Assembly (NCBI GenBank): GCA_050298595.1
Contig: JBNKUM010000085.1
Coordinates: forward strand, 1-64,000
Source: Gammaproteobacteria bacterium
GTDB lineage: Bacteria > Pseudomonadota > Gammaproteobacteria > GCA-001735895
Reading direction: 5' to 3'
DNA: 64,000 nt
A program made the translations under genes and the position numbers. The notes beneath the pieces are model-generated. The model was not told the DNA's origin and searched no databases. It was given only the letters and a program-made list of their open reading frames with translations. Shown piece by piece: positions 30,639 through 40,313 of this stretch (position 1 is the first letter of the stretch; each line of letters starts with the position of its first letter).

Positions 30639-33600
30639 GGCCTGTACTCCTCGCTACTGATGACCAGACTGGAACCCGCTGTTACATCAAGATGCACCAC
30701 CGAGCTTCGGTCATCGGCAGGTACCACCGTGGCACCTTCGTTCAGCTTACAGATTGAATTCTCTACCCCTTCTATATTCTCTACGATTTTATAAATTTCA
30801 CTCAGGTAAAGCGGCTCGCCCAGCCCTCGATACTGCAAGGCTAGCTGACGAATTAATGCCGCCCTTACGGCTATTTCAATATCCTGAGCAATAAAAGCAC
30901 CAGAGTCGACACGGATAGTGACCGTTAAATTCACTGTCCTGGGGGAGTATGATTCAACACTGACCTGTACCGCTGGCAACGCATGTTTTTGCAGGTAGTA
31001 TTCCAGGTCGCTTTTAATCTCGGGCGAAAAAACACCTCCTGCTGGCACAACAATAACAGTCACTTTTTGCATGCGTCCTGCATACAATAATTCATCAAAA
31101 GCTTTGGCTTGCCAGATACTACTCTGGGCGGTTGCCAGATGAGAAAAATCACTCAGTGACACTGCGCGCTTAAGTGCTAATAAGGTAGAAGGGGCATTCT
31201 CTCTGAGAGATTGCTGATCTTCCATATCACCACCACCGCTGGAAGCAATCGGTTGTGCCACCGATTCAATTATCGGGTTCGGTTTAATCGCTTTATTCAG
31301 GCTATCGGCAGCAAGGTTACCGGCTATACCTGAACCTACCCGATAACTTACCCTGATGTTATTTTTACCACTGGGTAGTCGACGACCATTACGACCATCA
31401 CCAAAAATAATTTTTACATAGCCATCTTCGGTCATGCGGGTTTCGTAATGATGATCATCCGCCAGTGAATCCTTCAGCGATGACACCTGCTCCCAGACCC
31501 TGCCTTCTACCTCTACCTCTATGGCCGCCGCTACGCCAGCATCTTTAGTCACATCCTGAATAAACGATAAACCCGCGACCTCCAGAATAAACTCCTGATT
31601 ACTTTTCGCCGCATTACCACTGCCCATGATTTTTTGTGGCTGGCTTTCTCCATGACCGGCCAGTACGACATTGCCGTGGATAATCATTTTACCTGCCAGA
31701 CAGGCGGATAAGGGAGGATCGAAAGTTATCTTCTTACCCTCAATAGCGGAGATCCTGGTCTGGTAGGGATCACCGCAACCTGTAATCAACAACTCACGCC
31801 CTACCTGTAGCTCCTCGGGTAGCTGTTCGAACTCGAAATTTTCCGGGTCAATCGGCGACAGGTTAATATTCGCTTCATAGGCAATAAGTTGTCCACGAAA
31901 GTCTGCATATACACTCTGTAATTCACCGGTTAAAGCCGGCAAATTTTTAAAGCCTAATGTAAAGCTTTCTGTTTTATCATCATCTATAAATTTTTCTATC
32001 TGTTTTATTTTTAGTGCGCGCAATCCATCGCTGAACTCGGCTACCACCCAGTTACCGGTTTTGATTCTATCTGGGGTGCTATCGAACATATAAACAGGGT
32101 CTGCAGTCACAACCTTTGCGATTCTTTCTGCGCCTTTAGCAAGCGCCAGCAATGGTCCATTTTGTTCAATTTCCTGTTTTACCTGCTGAAACATTGGAGT
32201 ATCGCCAGTCGCTATATTTTCAAGCACTGCCTGCAGTTGCGCTACGGATTCTGCCGCGCTACCTACCCAGTCAACCATCTTAACCCCACCGGAGTCAGGG
32301 ACCTCAAGTTTATCCATCATGTCGTAAAGCGCCTGCGCTGCATCGCCGAAATTATCGATACCTCCTAACAAGCCCTCCATAGGTAACCCTTTAATCACAA
32401 TCTCACCGGTACTGGGGATAATCATGACACCCAGATTAAGCATTAGCTCAACTGCAGCCTTGACCAGATCTATAGGCAGAAAAGGGGTAGGAAAGAGAAA
32501 ACTACCAATTCCAGGTAAAGCTCCCGGAGGCAATAAGTCTGGTAATGTCACCGGCGATGGGGTGCTACTCAGGTCTTTGATAGTAAAGATATGATCAAGT
32601 CCCGGGCTGGCGGGTACAGTCAATGGCACATCTTCCACCGCATCCATATTATCGCCAGCAGTTCCAGCTTCATCCAGCAGAACAACCACTTCCAGGTTAG
32701 TCCCGGCAATATTACCTTGTATGGGACGGAGCTGATAAAGGTCACTACCCGGTAATGGCATCGCCCCCTTATGATCCAGCCGTAAGTCCCTCTTATCAGC
32801 CTCAATCACCTCGGCATAATGCCATATACCGCCAACCTTCCAGCCGACATAAGATTCCGCAGTTAGACCATGAGCCTTCTCTGTACGCACTACATTGACC
32901 CCATTCAACCAGCATTTCTTATACCAGCGCGGTGCGTAGTGCAGCATAGCATCGCCTTTAGTCCATTCGCTCCAGCTGTTTTGCACAGGACTGGGCAGTA
33001 AATCCAGTTCCAGATACGCAGGCTCTGCTTCTATTTCTTCTACCTGATTGATCGTGACGGCTTCAGCACGGTCATGGCTTTCATCCACTATAATCGCAAC
33101 CTCAGCGGGTTCAACCTCCGGTTTGACTGGCAGGTACCAGCTTGTAGTCACGAAGCTTGATTCACTTCCCTCGTCTACCACCAGATCCCGGTAGTACAGA
33201 TCTACAAAACGAATGTGGTCGAGACATACCTCTACCATTTCCAGCTTTTGTTTCAAAACAGTAGCCATTTCCAAAGAGTTACCAGATAACAGAGCCAGGG
33301 CTTCTGCAGTGCTGGATGTAATCTCGGGTAAGCGGCTATCTTTGATCTTTGACCAGTCACCCTCAACTGAAAACTGAAATAGATACAAAGCTTTAGCCTT
33401 CCATTCCAACAAACTGGTGTTATCAATATCCAGCACAACTTCATCTGGATTCAACTCCAGAAAATCTATAATTTTGAAACCAGCTCCCGGTTTCAACGTA
33501 TCCAGTTTAGCGGACTGGATCGGCCCTATTCCCTGCAAATAGATGGCAGGTTTCTGCATGATTTCAGCCACATCGCCGGATATCGCTGATCCAGTCGCTG

Positions 33601-34240
33601 TTGTTGAAGCCAGGGCTTGCTCGGATTTATCCCACCCCAGGGGGCGTAATTCGTTAAATGCTGCATCTATGGTTATATCCTGCAGAGTTTCAAAGATAAC
33701 CTTGTCAGCACCGGCGAGAGGACTATTCTTGATCTGGAAACCACTGGCAATGGTTCCGCTCTTACCGGCTTTGGCCTGAATACTGATCCAGGCTGAAGCA
33801 GAAGCCGGCGGTGCGGGATGGTAATCCAGCATTTCCACCAGCCTGCGCACATGTTCCCACTGGGTTGCTGTACCCAGAAATCCTTCATTAGCATAGGCAT
33901 TCGCATGCTCGGTCAGCATGTGACAGCAACGCGCAAAACTGCGGCTGATCTCCCAGGCCCAGTCACGCCTGTCCTGCTGATAGGTTTCCAGTAGTCGTCG
34001 ATTGCGGATACTCAATCGTTGTCCGCGCTGTACCAGAGTTTCACCCTCTAGCTCGACTTCGTTGGCTGGTACCTTTTGTGATGGATTAATCCACTCGCAC
34101 TCTACTGTCTCGGGGTCAGCGAAATGCCTGACCAGTTGCTGACGCAATATCTCCAGATACTCGACGGCATTGCCATCCACGTAATCAAAACGGCTTAGCC
34201 CTGCACGATTCCAGCGTGTCAGATCATTTCTCTGGGTCAT
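30635..34240 (-). CDS. Large baseplate J/gp6-like (Afp11/12-type) protein
   Basis: YANEGFLGTA...LVEMLDYHPAP, FET, IFGDGRNGRRLPSG..NI...YRVGSG and RAVSLSDF motifs. Confidence 0.82.
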   Translation of the reverse strand: MTQRNDLTRWNRAGLSRFDYVDGNAVEYLEILRQQLVRHFADPETVECEWINPSQKVPANEVELEGETLVQRGQRLSIRNRRLLETYQQDRRDWAWEISRSFARCCHMLTEHANAYANEGFLGTATQWEHVRRLVEMLDYHPAPPASASAWISIQAKAGKSGTIASGFQIKNSPLAGADKVIFETLQDITIDAAFNELRPLGWDKSEQALASTTATGSAISGDVAEIMQKPAIYLQGIGPIQSAKLDTLKPGAGFKIIDFLELNPDEVVLDIDNTSLLEWKAKALYLFQFSVEGDWSKIKDSRLPEITSSTAEALALLSGNSLEMATVLKQKLEMVEVCLDHIRFVDLYYRDLVVDEGSESSFVTTSWYLPVKPEVEPAEVAIIVDESHDRAEAVTINQVEEIEAEPAYLELDLLPSPVQNSWSEWTKGDAMLHYAPRWYKKCWLNGVNVVRTEKAHGLTAESYVGWKVGGIWHYAEVIEADKRDLRLDHKGAMPLPGSDLYQLRPIQGNIAGTNLEVVVLLDEAGTAGDNMDAVEDVPLTVPASPGLDHIFTIKDLSSTPSPVTLPDLLPPGALPGIGSFLFPTPFLPIDLVKAAVELMLNLGVMIIPSTGEIVIKGLPMEGLLGGIDNFGDAAQALYDMMDKLEVPDSGGVKMVDWVGSAAESVAQLQAVLENIATGDTPMFQQVKQEIEQNGPLLALAKGAERIAKVVTADPVYMFDSTPDRIKTGNWVVAEFSDGLRALKIKQIEKFIDDDKTESFTLGFKNLPALTGELQSVYADFRGQLIAYEANINLSPIDPENFEFEQLPEELQVGRELLITGCGDPYQTRISAIEGKKITFDPPLSACLAGKMIIHGNVVLAGHGESQPQKIMGSGNAAKSNQEFILEVAGLSFIQDVTKDAGVAAAIEVEVEGRVWEQVSSLKDSLADDHHYETRMTEDGYVKIIFGDGRNGRRLPSGKNNIRVSYRVGSGIAGNLAADSLNKAIKPNPIIESVAQPIASSGGGDMEDQQSLRENAPSTLLALKRAVSLSDFSHLATAQSSIWQAKAFDELLYAGRMQKVTVIVVPAGGVFSPEIKSDLEYYLQKHALPAVQVSVESYSPRTVNLTVTIRVDSGAFIAQDIEIAVRAALIRQLALQYRGLGEPLYLSEIYKIVENIEGVENSICKLNEGATVVPADDRSSVVHLDVTAGSSLVISSEEYRP

Positions 34241-35421
34241 CCCTTACGCCCTCCGTGTAAGGTTAGACGGTAATAGCCACGTGCTGTATCAGCAGGGTTG
34301 TTATCACAGGCTGCAACCTCCAGCCCGTCCAGTGCAATAAACCCGGCCTCCACTCTATCTGCGAACTGACTGCCGATGCGTTTGAATCGATTCAGGCAGA
34401 TGTGCTCTATGCCATCCAGCGCCATTAGTGCCTGTACCACATCACTACTGTAAATATCCTCACCAAAGCCATGCCTGCCAGGCGCAAAGAAACCATCAGG
34501 GCCATGCCCCAGTGCCTGTGCTATCGCATGACGGATTTCAGACTGAAAATGGTTGGGACCAATCTTGACTGAAATCGCCATATAGATGCCGATATACACC
34601 GGATCCTGCAGAATGACTTCCTGACCGACCATACGAAATGCATCGATATAGGGCCGCAATATCATGCGTGCAGTCGGTGCAGGTGTAGTGTCCAGATTGG
34701 GTGCGAGTAATCCCACCGATTCGTGAAAATTGATAATGCTTTCCTTTAGCTCTGCGCCATAACCTGTACTGGTCATAGCTGTATCCAGTTGTAGCCCAGC
34801 TTCAGCAATTACAGCCAGGTAAAGGGTGAACCAGGAGCCACTCCATTCGGTCCAGGCGTAGGCATTGGCAACCAGCGGATGCTCACGCAGACGCAGGGCA
34901 TAATCCTCGGTAGTGACCATGCGCTTCTGAGTCTGTATCTCACGTGGACCAGCTCGTTTGGCCTGTTGCATGGCATGCGGATGACTGCGCCAGTAATCTT
35001 CCAGCGCCTTAATGGCATCTTCATCAAACACATCGCTGGCTATCTGGTCCTTACTGCGCGCTGCGGCGATGGCATCGTAACCGATAAAATTTAACAGGCT
35101 GCGCACATGCTCAGGACGTCTCGCGGTTTCCAGAAAGGCTTCGGCAGCCACTCGGTCCAGCATGTCAGACAGTTGATCCAGCACAGTGGCGAATGCCTCT
35201 ACCAGCACCACTTCCAGGTCGGCGGGCGTCCAGCGTTTACGTTCGGGAAAGCGCGCAGCCAGTTCTTCCAGCATGAACAGGCGAAAGTCATCGTAGTCGC
35301 GTACGCGCCAGTCAAAATCATCGCCTGCATCAGGCAGAGCAGCAGGCAGATGCACCTCACGAACCCCGCAGTCGGGACAGCTACCCTCAAAACGCAGTGC
35401 CATCAACGGTGCATCAGCCAT
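34237..35421 (-). CDS. Compact baseplate J-like protein
   Basis: RDYDDFR..M...DQLSDMLDRVAAEAFLETAR N-terminal part joined to a QKRMVTTEDY...FGEDIYSS C-terminal part. Confidence 0.78.
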   Translation of the reverse strand: MADAPLMALRFEGSCPDCGVREVHLPAALPDAGDDFDWRVRDYDDFRLFMLEELAARFPERKRWTPADLEVVLVEAFATVLDQLSDMLDRVAAEAFLETARRPEHVRSLLNFIGYDAIAAARSKDQIASDVFDEDAIKALEDYWRSHPHAMQQAKRAGPREIQTQKRMVTTEDYALRLREHPLVANAYAWTEWSGSWFTLYLAVIAEAGLQLDTAMTSTGYGAELKESIINFHESVGLLAPNLDTTPAPTARMILRPYIDAFRMVGQEVILQDPVYIGIYMAISVKIGPNHFQSEIRHAIAQALGHGPDGFFAPGRHGFGEDIYSSDVVQALMALDGIEHICLNRFKRIGSQFADRVEAGFIALDGLEVAACDNNPADTARGYYRLTLHGGRKG

Positions 35422-35806
35422 GACTATCCTCCGCGATGGTAAACGCCTGTGTCTCCTGACGATTGATTGCAGCCAGTTTGTACGAAATCAGGATGATCAG
35501 TTTGCTGTCCTGCTGTTCCAGCTGGACATCCAGGGTTTTGGCTTCAACCTCGCCGTGTAAGGCTTCAGCCAGTGAAGACAATAACTGTTTATGCGTGATA
35601 TTCCACAACGCGGTACTATTCGGCTCAAACACCAGGCGACGGATACCAGCACCGAATTCGGGACGGAATACACGTTCTTTGGGGCTGGTGAACAATAGCT
35701 GCTCTATCTGTTCGCGCACATGATCGATACGCGAACTGGTTTGTGGACCATCGGGTTTGATGGTAAATGGAAACTTCAGATATTGTGTTTCGCTCAGGCC
35801 TGGCAT
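35414..35806 (-). CDS. GPW/gp25 baseplate protein (Afp9-like)
   Basis: IEQLLFTSPKERVFRPEFGAG...FEPN signature. Confidence 0.9.
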   Translation of the reverse strand: MPGLSETQYLKFPFTIKPDGPQTSSRIDHVREQIEQLLFTSPKERVFRPEFGAGIRRLVFEPNSTALWNITHKQLLSSLAEALHGEVEAKTLDVQLEQQDSKLIILISYKLAAINRQETQAFTIAEDSHG

Positions 35807-35816
35807 GGGTAGATAC

Positions 35817-36638
35817 TCATATGGTTTTCACCGTGGTCGACAGCGTACTCATTTCGCCCTGTGGAATAGGCGGTGAAGTAGGCCCGCCCACGACCGGTGC
35901 CGAGGTATGGATATGGGTAGCAAACAATGATAGAAAGCTCTGACCCTTGATGACCGGCTCACCACCTTCATCACCCAGGTGAACCTGAGAACCCTTAAGC
36001 ACAATCTTGGGTGCTTCAGCAGTAATACCTGCAGCCGCCATTTCAATCACATTGCCGTTGGAATCTTCAACTTTGGTGCCAGAACTATTCATCGTCATAA
36101 TATTTCCATTGGCATCCTCAACAATTATTTCATTGCCTGGCGCATCCATTTTCAGTGTGGCGCCCGAGGAATCAGTGAGAGAAATGCTGCCATCCTTGTC
36201 AATTATCATCTCTGCTTCCGCCGGGTGGTACAGGCGAAACTGTTCCTCGCCTTCTTCATCATCAAATTGCAGAATATGTCCGGAGCTGGTCTGGATCATG
36301 CGCGTGGTAGGTTCGTCTTTAGATGCATCCTCAGGAGTATCGCTTTGTTGTTGCCAGAAGGTTCCCACCCAGATCGGTCGGCTGATATCGCCCTCTTCGA
36401 ATTCGACCCACAGCTGTGCATCCACATCGGGCACGAAGAACATACCTTGCTGATCCAGGCCACCATAAGGCAGACAGGGCAATGCCCAGTCCGAATCCTG
36501 CTCCGCCAGCACTGAGGGAATACGCAACTTCAGTCGACCACGCTTCTGTGGATCCTGGTTATCTATCACTGTGGCACGATATTTACCAAATCGTTTTTGA
36601 TCGACATAACGCGCTATACGAGCAACCGTTTCTTCCAT
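35817..36638 (-). CDS. Baseplate spike, gpV/VgrG C-terminal type
   Basis: GKYRATV..NQDP..RGRL, WALPC, VEFEEGD..RPIW.G OB-fold, a beta-helix and a C-terminal HIH. Confidence 0.88.
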   Translation of the reverse strand: MEETVARIARYVDQKRFGKYRATVIDNQDPQKRGRLKLRIPSVLAEQDSDWALPCLPYGGLDQQGMFFVPDVDAQLWVEFEEGDISRPIWVGTFWQQQSDTPEDASKDEPTTRMIQTSSGHILQFDDEEGEEQFRLYHPAEAEMIIDKDGSISLTDSSGATLKMDAPGNEIIVEDANGNIMTMNSSGTKVEDSNGNVIEMAAAGITAEAPKIVLKGSQVHLGDEGGEPVIKGQSFLSLFATHIHTSAPVVGGPTSPPIPQGEMSTLSTTVKTI

Positions 36639-36640
36639 AG

Positions 36641-37759
36641 CTACCTCACCGCTGCCAGCGCGTCACTGGACTCAGGCTCGGTATTTTGTCCAGTGGCATT
36701 ACGTAATAATCGGAACGACTGCCGATACCCCGTCTGAGCAAATATATGCGTGACCTTGTCGACGTAGTAGAGGCCACCATAGGTATCGCCGATGCCATAA
36801 ACCCCAACAGGTTTATGCGTCAACAGCACATGACCGTACAGCGAACCATCAAGCTCACCTTCGGCGATAACTTTCCAGGCATTTTCATTGGCCTTTGCCT
36901 GCGCGCGTGCACGCGCTTCTTCCAGCGAACTACCAGCAGGACGAGGCATTTGCCAGTTAAACGGGCTTAGCCCCATGCTGTCGCTGCTGGCAGCTGTACT
37001 ACCGAGTAAAGTCAGATTAGGGGTAAAGCTTTCCTGTTCCAGCTCGGTTCCGCTGTCGGCAGCACGTACCAGTGATATCTCATCGGGTTTATGCCCATCA
37101 TGTTGAATACTGATACGCGTACAGTTACTGCGCTCACCTTTGTACACCATGATGTCAGCCTGCGGATCTTCGTCTAGTTGCGGGGGCTTGAAGAAAATCG
37201 TACCTTCGCGAAAGTAAAGTTCGTAGCCATTAGCTTCGGCTCGATCACGCATAAACTGGATACTGGTACCATCCTGATTCAGGCTGATATTGCTCAAGCC
37301 ATCATCAGTTTCTACCTGGAACTGGCTACCTGCTATCTCGCTGAGGATATCGCCATCGCTCATCGCTTCTTCTTCGGTGGACCACACGCGGCGGATATGC
37401 TCCCGATCCAGTAGCAGGCTTTCATCCTGGCACAGCACGATAACTCTGGACTTACCCATTTGCTCAGGGGTATCCGACCACACTTCCTTAACATAGCCGC
37501 GCATGACTTCTTCGGAATAATCTCCAAAGTGGGCTTCCAGTCGAAATGGCTTCCACGGCAGAAATATACCGGCATCCTGTATCTGCCAGCTTTCATCTTC
37601 CAGACGCATGTTATCAAACTCCAGCGTACACACTGTAGCTGCTGATCGACTGCACTCAACACTGGCCTCGATCAGGCTGGGCATCAAGTCGATGATCTCT
37701 TCATCGTCTACAAACAGCTTGCAACGAGCAGGTTGACGAAAATCCTGTTCAGAGCTCAT
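36641..37759 (-). CDS. Baseplate hub, phage late-control D/gp27-like
   Basis: QDGTSIQFMRDRAEANGYELY and GLYYVDKVTH.F...GYRQ.F motifs; immediately upstream of the spike. Confidence 0.82.
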   Translation of the reverse strand: MSSEQDFRQPARCKLFVDDEEIIDLMPSLIEASVECSRSAATVCTLEFDNMRLEDESWQIQDAGIFLPWKPFRLEAHFGDYSEEVMRGYVKEVWSDTPEQMGKSRVIVLCQDESLLLDREHIRRVWSTEEEAMSDGDILSEIAGSQFQVETDDGLSNISLNQDGTSIQFMRDRAEANGYELYFREGTIFFKPPQLDEDPQADIMVYKGERSNCTRISIQHDGHKPDEISLVRAADSGTELEQESFTPNLTLLGSTAASSDSMGLSPFNWQMPRPAGSSLEEARARAQAKANENAWKVIAEGELDGSLYGHVLLTHKPVGVYGIGDTYGGLYYVDKVTHIFAQTGYRQSFRLLRNATGQNTEPESSDALAAVR

Positions 37760-38061
37760 CCCCTATTACCTCCTTCTGATGCACGCGGTATCAAAATAGT
37801 GCTACCGATATTGTCATCCAGTGTCAGATCTGGACCAAACACGATTTCAGGATTAGCATCCAGAATGCGCCACCACTTGCGACTGTCGACATAAAAATAC
37901 TGTGCCAGCAAATCCAGTCGATCATCGGCCTTGACGATATACTCAATCACACCTGTTGCCTGACCTATTTCACGCGCTCTGCCTCCTTTAAATACAGGTT
38001 CCTGGCCATCCAGCCCGTTAAATGGTCTGACATTTTGATAGCGGTAACCTTTGCCAGCCAT
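37756..38061 (-). CDS. LysM/tail-X-like baseplate protein
   Basis: YIVKADDRLDLLAQYFY.DSRKWWRILDANP. Confidence 0.85.
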   Translation of the reverse strand: MAGKGYRYQNVRPFNGLDGQEPVFKGGRAREIGQATGVIEYIVKADDRLDLLAQYFYVDSRKWWRILDANPEIVFGPDLTLDDNIGSTILIPRASEGGNRG

Positions 38062-38089
38062 CAGATTTCTCTCACCAGTCTAGATCGAT

Positions 38090-38767
38090 TCATGATCCTG
38101 CACCTCCTGTCGACTGATAGCCCTGTAATGAGCCTATCGCAGCCTGAGCCGAGTTAAACATGCGCTCGACCTCGGGGGTGTAAAAATCATTGCGACTCTG
38201 GATGACCTGCAGCGTCAAAGTCGCTTCAGTGCGATATGGCACCAGCGTGGGCAAATATTCTTTAACTTCAAACTGCACCTGAGTCATAAACACGGGCAGC
38301 ACCTGCGCACCCCAGGAGAATAGCAATACCGAAGGATAAGGCTGGGCATCTCCACCTTCGTCTGACAATGCTGCCAGTGTGGTTGCACCGTTCGGTGCCT
38401 GCAATTTGGGCTCTACCATGCTGTACAGAATATCCATCTCGGGTTGCACTCCTTTACTACTGGCATTCTGGTCACTGGAATTCATGCGATCAGTGGCATC
38501 CAGTAATATCTTCAGGGTAAAGCTTTCTGCCTTCACACTAGCACCCTGCGCCACGCGTGCGATTTCACTGGTACCACTAAAATCGCGCCCTCCAGCGTTT
38601 GCCTGACCTTCGCCGAACTCAATTTCGATAGCTCGAGTACGGGTGATGGTGGAAGGATTAAATTCAAAATGCAGCTCCAGAGGATTGTCACCACCGGTAT
38701 GCTCTTTCAATACCCCGCGTGTTACCTTGAGACTGGACTGATTACCGGTTGCCAGAGGTGTACTCAT
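38090..38767 (-). CDS. CIS tube initiator (Afp7/CIS_tube-like)
   Basis: FEFNPSTITR, LLFSWG and P.R.EATLTL motifs. Confidence 0.78.
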   Translation of the reverse strand: MSTPLATGNQSSLKVTRGVLKEHTGGDNPLELHFEFNPSTITRTRAIEIEFGEGQANAGGRDFSGTSEIARVAQGASVKAESFTLKILLDATDRMNSSDQNASSKGVQPEMDILYSMVEPKLQAPNGATTLAALSDEGGDAQPYPSVLLFSWGAQVLPVFMTQVQFEVKEYLPTLVPYRTEATLTLQVIQSRNDFYTPEVERMFNSAQAAIGSLQGYQSTGGAGS

Positions 38768-38997
38768 CGGCTTACTCCTGCTTGCGTGGTGATTAACTGG
38801 TTAACAATCATTTGTGCGATTTCATCGTCTGAAGTACTGGCCCGAATGTTTTGTGCAGAGATATTGACCACATCATTCGATACCTGACGAGATGGCGCCT
38901 GTTTTGCCAGTACCTTGCCCACCATGTGCGCGATACTGGCAGCACGGTGTTCAAAACCAGCAGGAAGTCGCATACGCAAACGATCAATCTGAATCAT
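38764..38997 (-). CDS. Small eCIS-associated hypothetical protein
   Basis: 77 aa starting IQIDRLRMRLP, with 4-bp overlaps on both sides. Confidence 0.7.
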   Translation of the reverse strand: MIQIDRLRMRLPAGFEHRAASIAHMVGKVLAKQAPSRQVSNDVVNISAQNIRASTSDDEIAQMIVNQLITTQAGVSR

Positions 38998-40313
38998 TCC
39001 TTAAGCTCCCGCTTGAGAAAACTGGCAAACTTGCCCATACCGGCAGATGACTGCTCGCCTCCCTTTTTGCAGAATTCACTCCACACCGCATTCGCAATAT
39101 GGCTGTTGCCGATGGGTTTTGAATCACCTGCTGCTAGAAAAGCCGCATGCAGGGCAGCGTTACGAATCTGCCCGCCAGTGAGATTGAATTCATTGCCCAG
39201 CAATCTGGTATCGATATCACTGTCGCGCGGCGCAGCTGGTGGAATATGCAACTCCCATAGGCGTGACCGTGCATCCACTTCTGGCTTTGGAAAATCAATC
39301 ACCATTTGAAAACGTCGGGTAAAGGCCGTGTCGATATGTTTGCGCAGATTGGTAGTTAGAATACAGGGTCCCTTATGACGCTCGACACGTGACAACAGGT
39401 GACTCACTTCCATATTGGCATAGCGATCACGCGCTTCCTTAACCTCGCCACGCTTGCTAAACAGACTATCAGCTTCATCGAATAACAATACCAGTTGCTG
39501 ACCGTCAGCGGCCTCGAACAGTGCATTCAGATTCTTTTCGGTTTCCCCGATATACTTGCTCACCAGCAGACCCAGATCGACCCGAAACAAAGGCCAGCCC
39601 AACGCATTCGCCACTACCTCGGCAGCAAAGGTTTTACCGGTACCCGATGAGCCGGAGAATAACGCTACCGGACCACCAGTGACCCTGGCGCCCCATTGCT
39701 GCTCTACCTGTTGGCGATGCGTAACCCAGAGGATAAATTCGCGCAACTTGCGCAAGCAGGATTCGGGCAACACCAGTTCATCCCAGCTCGCCTCACAAGC
39801 TACCTGTACCGCACCGGGTACACTCACCTTGCTGTTTAGCTGCCAACCTAGCAATTGTTGACAGGCCAGCGTTGAGGGACGTATGGGTTGAAACAATCCC
39901 GGCTCTCCCGTCTCTAGCAGACCGCTGCGAATCAGTGTTGAATCCTGCGACAGCTTGTGGTTAAATTTCTGCGATTCCTCGTGGTTTAACACGAACATTT
40001 CTCGAATCAGTGCCGGAGTCGGATAAGGCGTGGTCATGCCGTTTTGCAATTCCTGATACATCCAGCCCAGTCGCGGCTCTGCCTCAGGTGCCAGACAGCA
40101 GGCGATAATATCCTGATCCAGCGTATCCAGTCCGTAGTTGCGCTGTAACGAGTTCCACGGATCCTGAGCACGTAAGGCATTCACATCGCTTTGTACTTGC
40201 TCCAGACGTGCGCCGACCTCATCAGGCAGCTCTGCACCTCGGCGATAAGCACCAAGACAGGCACCCAGTAAATCAATACGTTCCCATTCAGCAGCTAGCG
40301 GCATAACATTCAT
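38994..40313 (-). CDS. eCIS AAA+ ATPase (Afp15-like)
   Basis: GSSGTGKT, VSKYIGETEKNL and LLFDEADSLFSKRGEVKEARDRYAN.EV motifs. Confidence 0.92.
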   Translation of the reverse strand: MNVMPLAAEWERIDLLGACLGAYRRGAELPDEVGARLEQVQSDVNALRAQDPWNSLQRNYGLDTLDQDIIACCLAPEAEPRLGWMYQELQNGMTTPYPTPALIREMFVLNHEESQKFNHKLSQDSTLIRSGLLETGEPGLFQPIRPSTLACQQLLGWQLNSKVSVPGAVQVACEASWDELVLPESCLRKLREFILWVTHRQQVEQQWGARVTGGPVALFSGSSGTGKTFAAEVVANALGWPLFRVDLGLLVSKYIGETEKNLNALFEAADGQQLVLLFDEADSLFSKRGEVKEARDRYANMEVSHLLSRVERHKGPCILTTNLRKHIDTAFTRRFQMVIDFPKPEVDARSRLWELHIPPAAPRDSDIDTRLLGNEFNLTGGQIRNAALHAAFLAAGDSKPIGNSHIANAVWSEFCKKGGEQSSAGMGKFASFLKRELKE

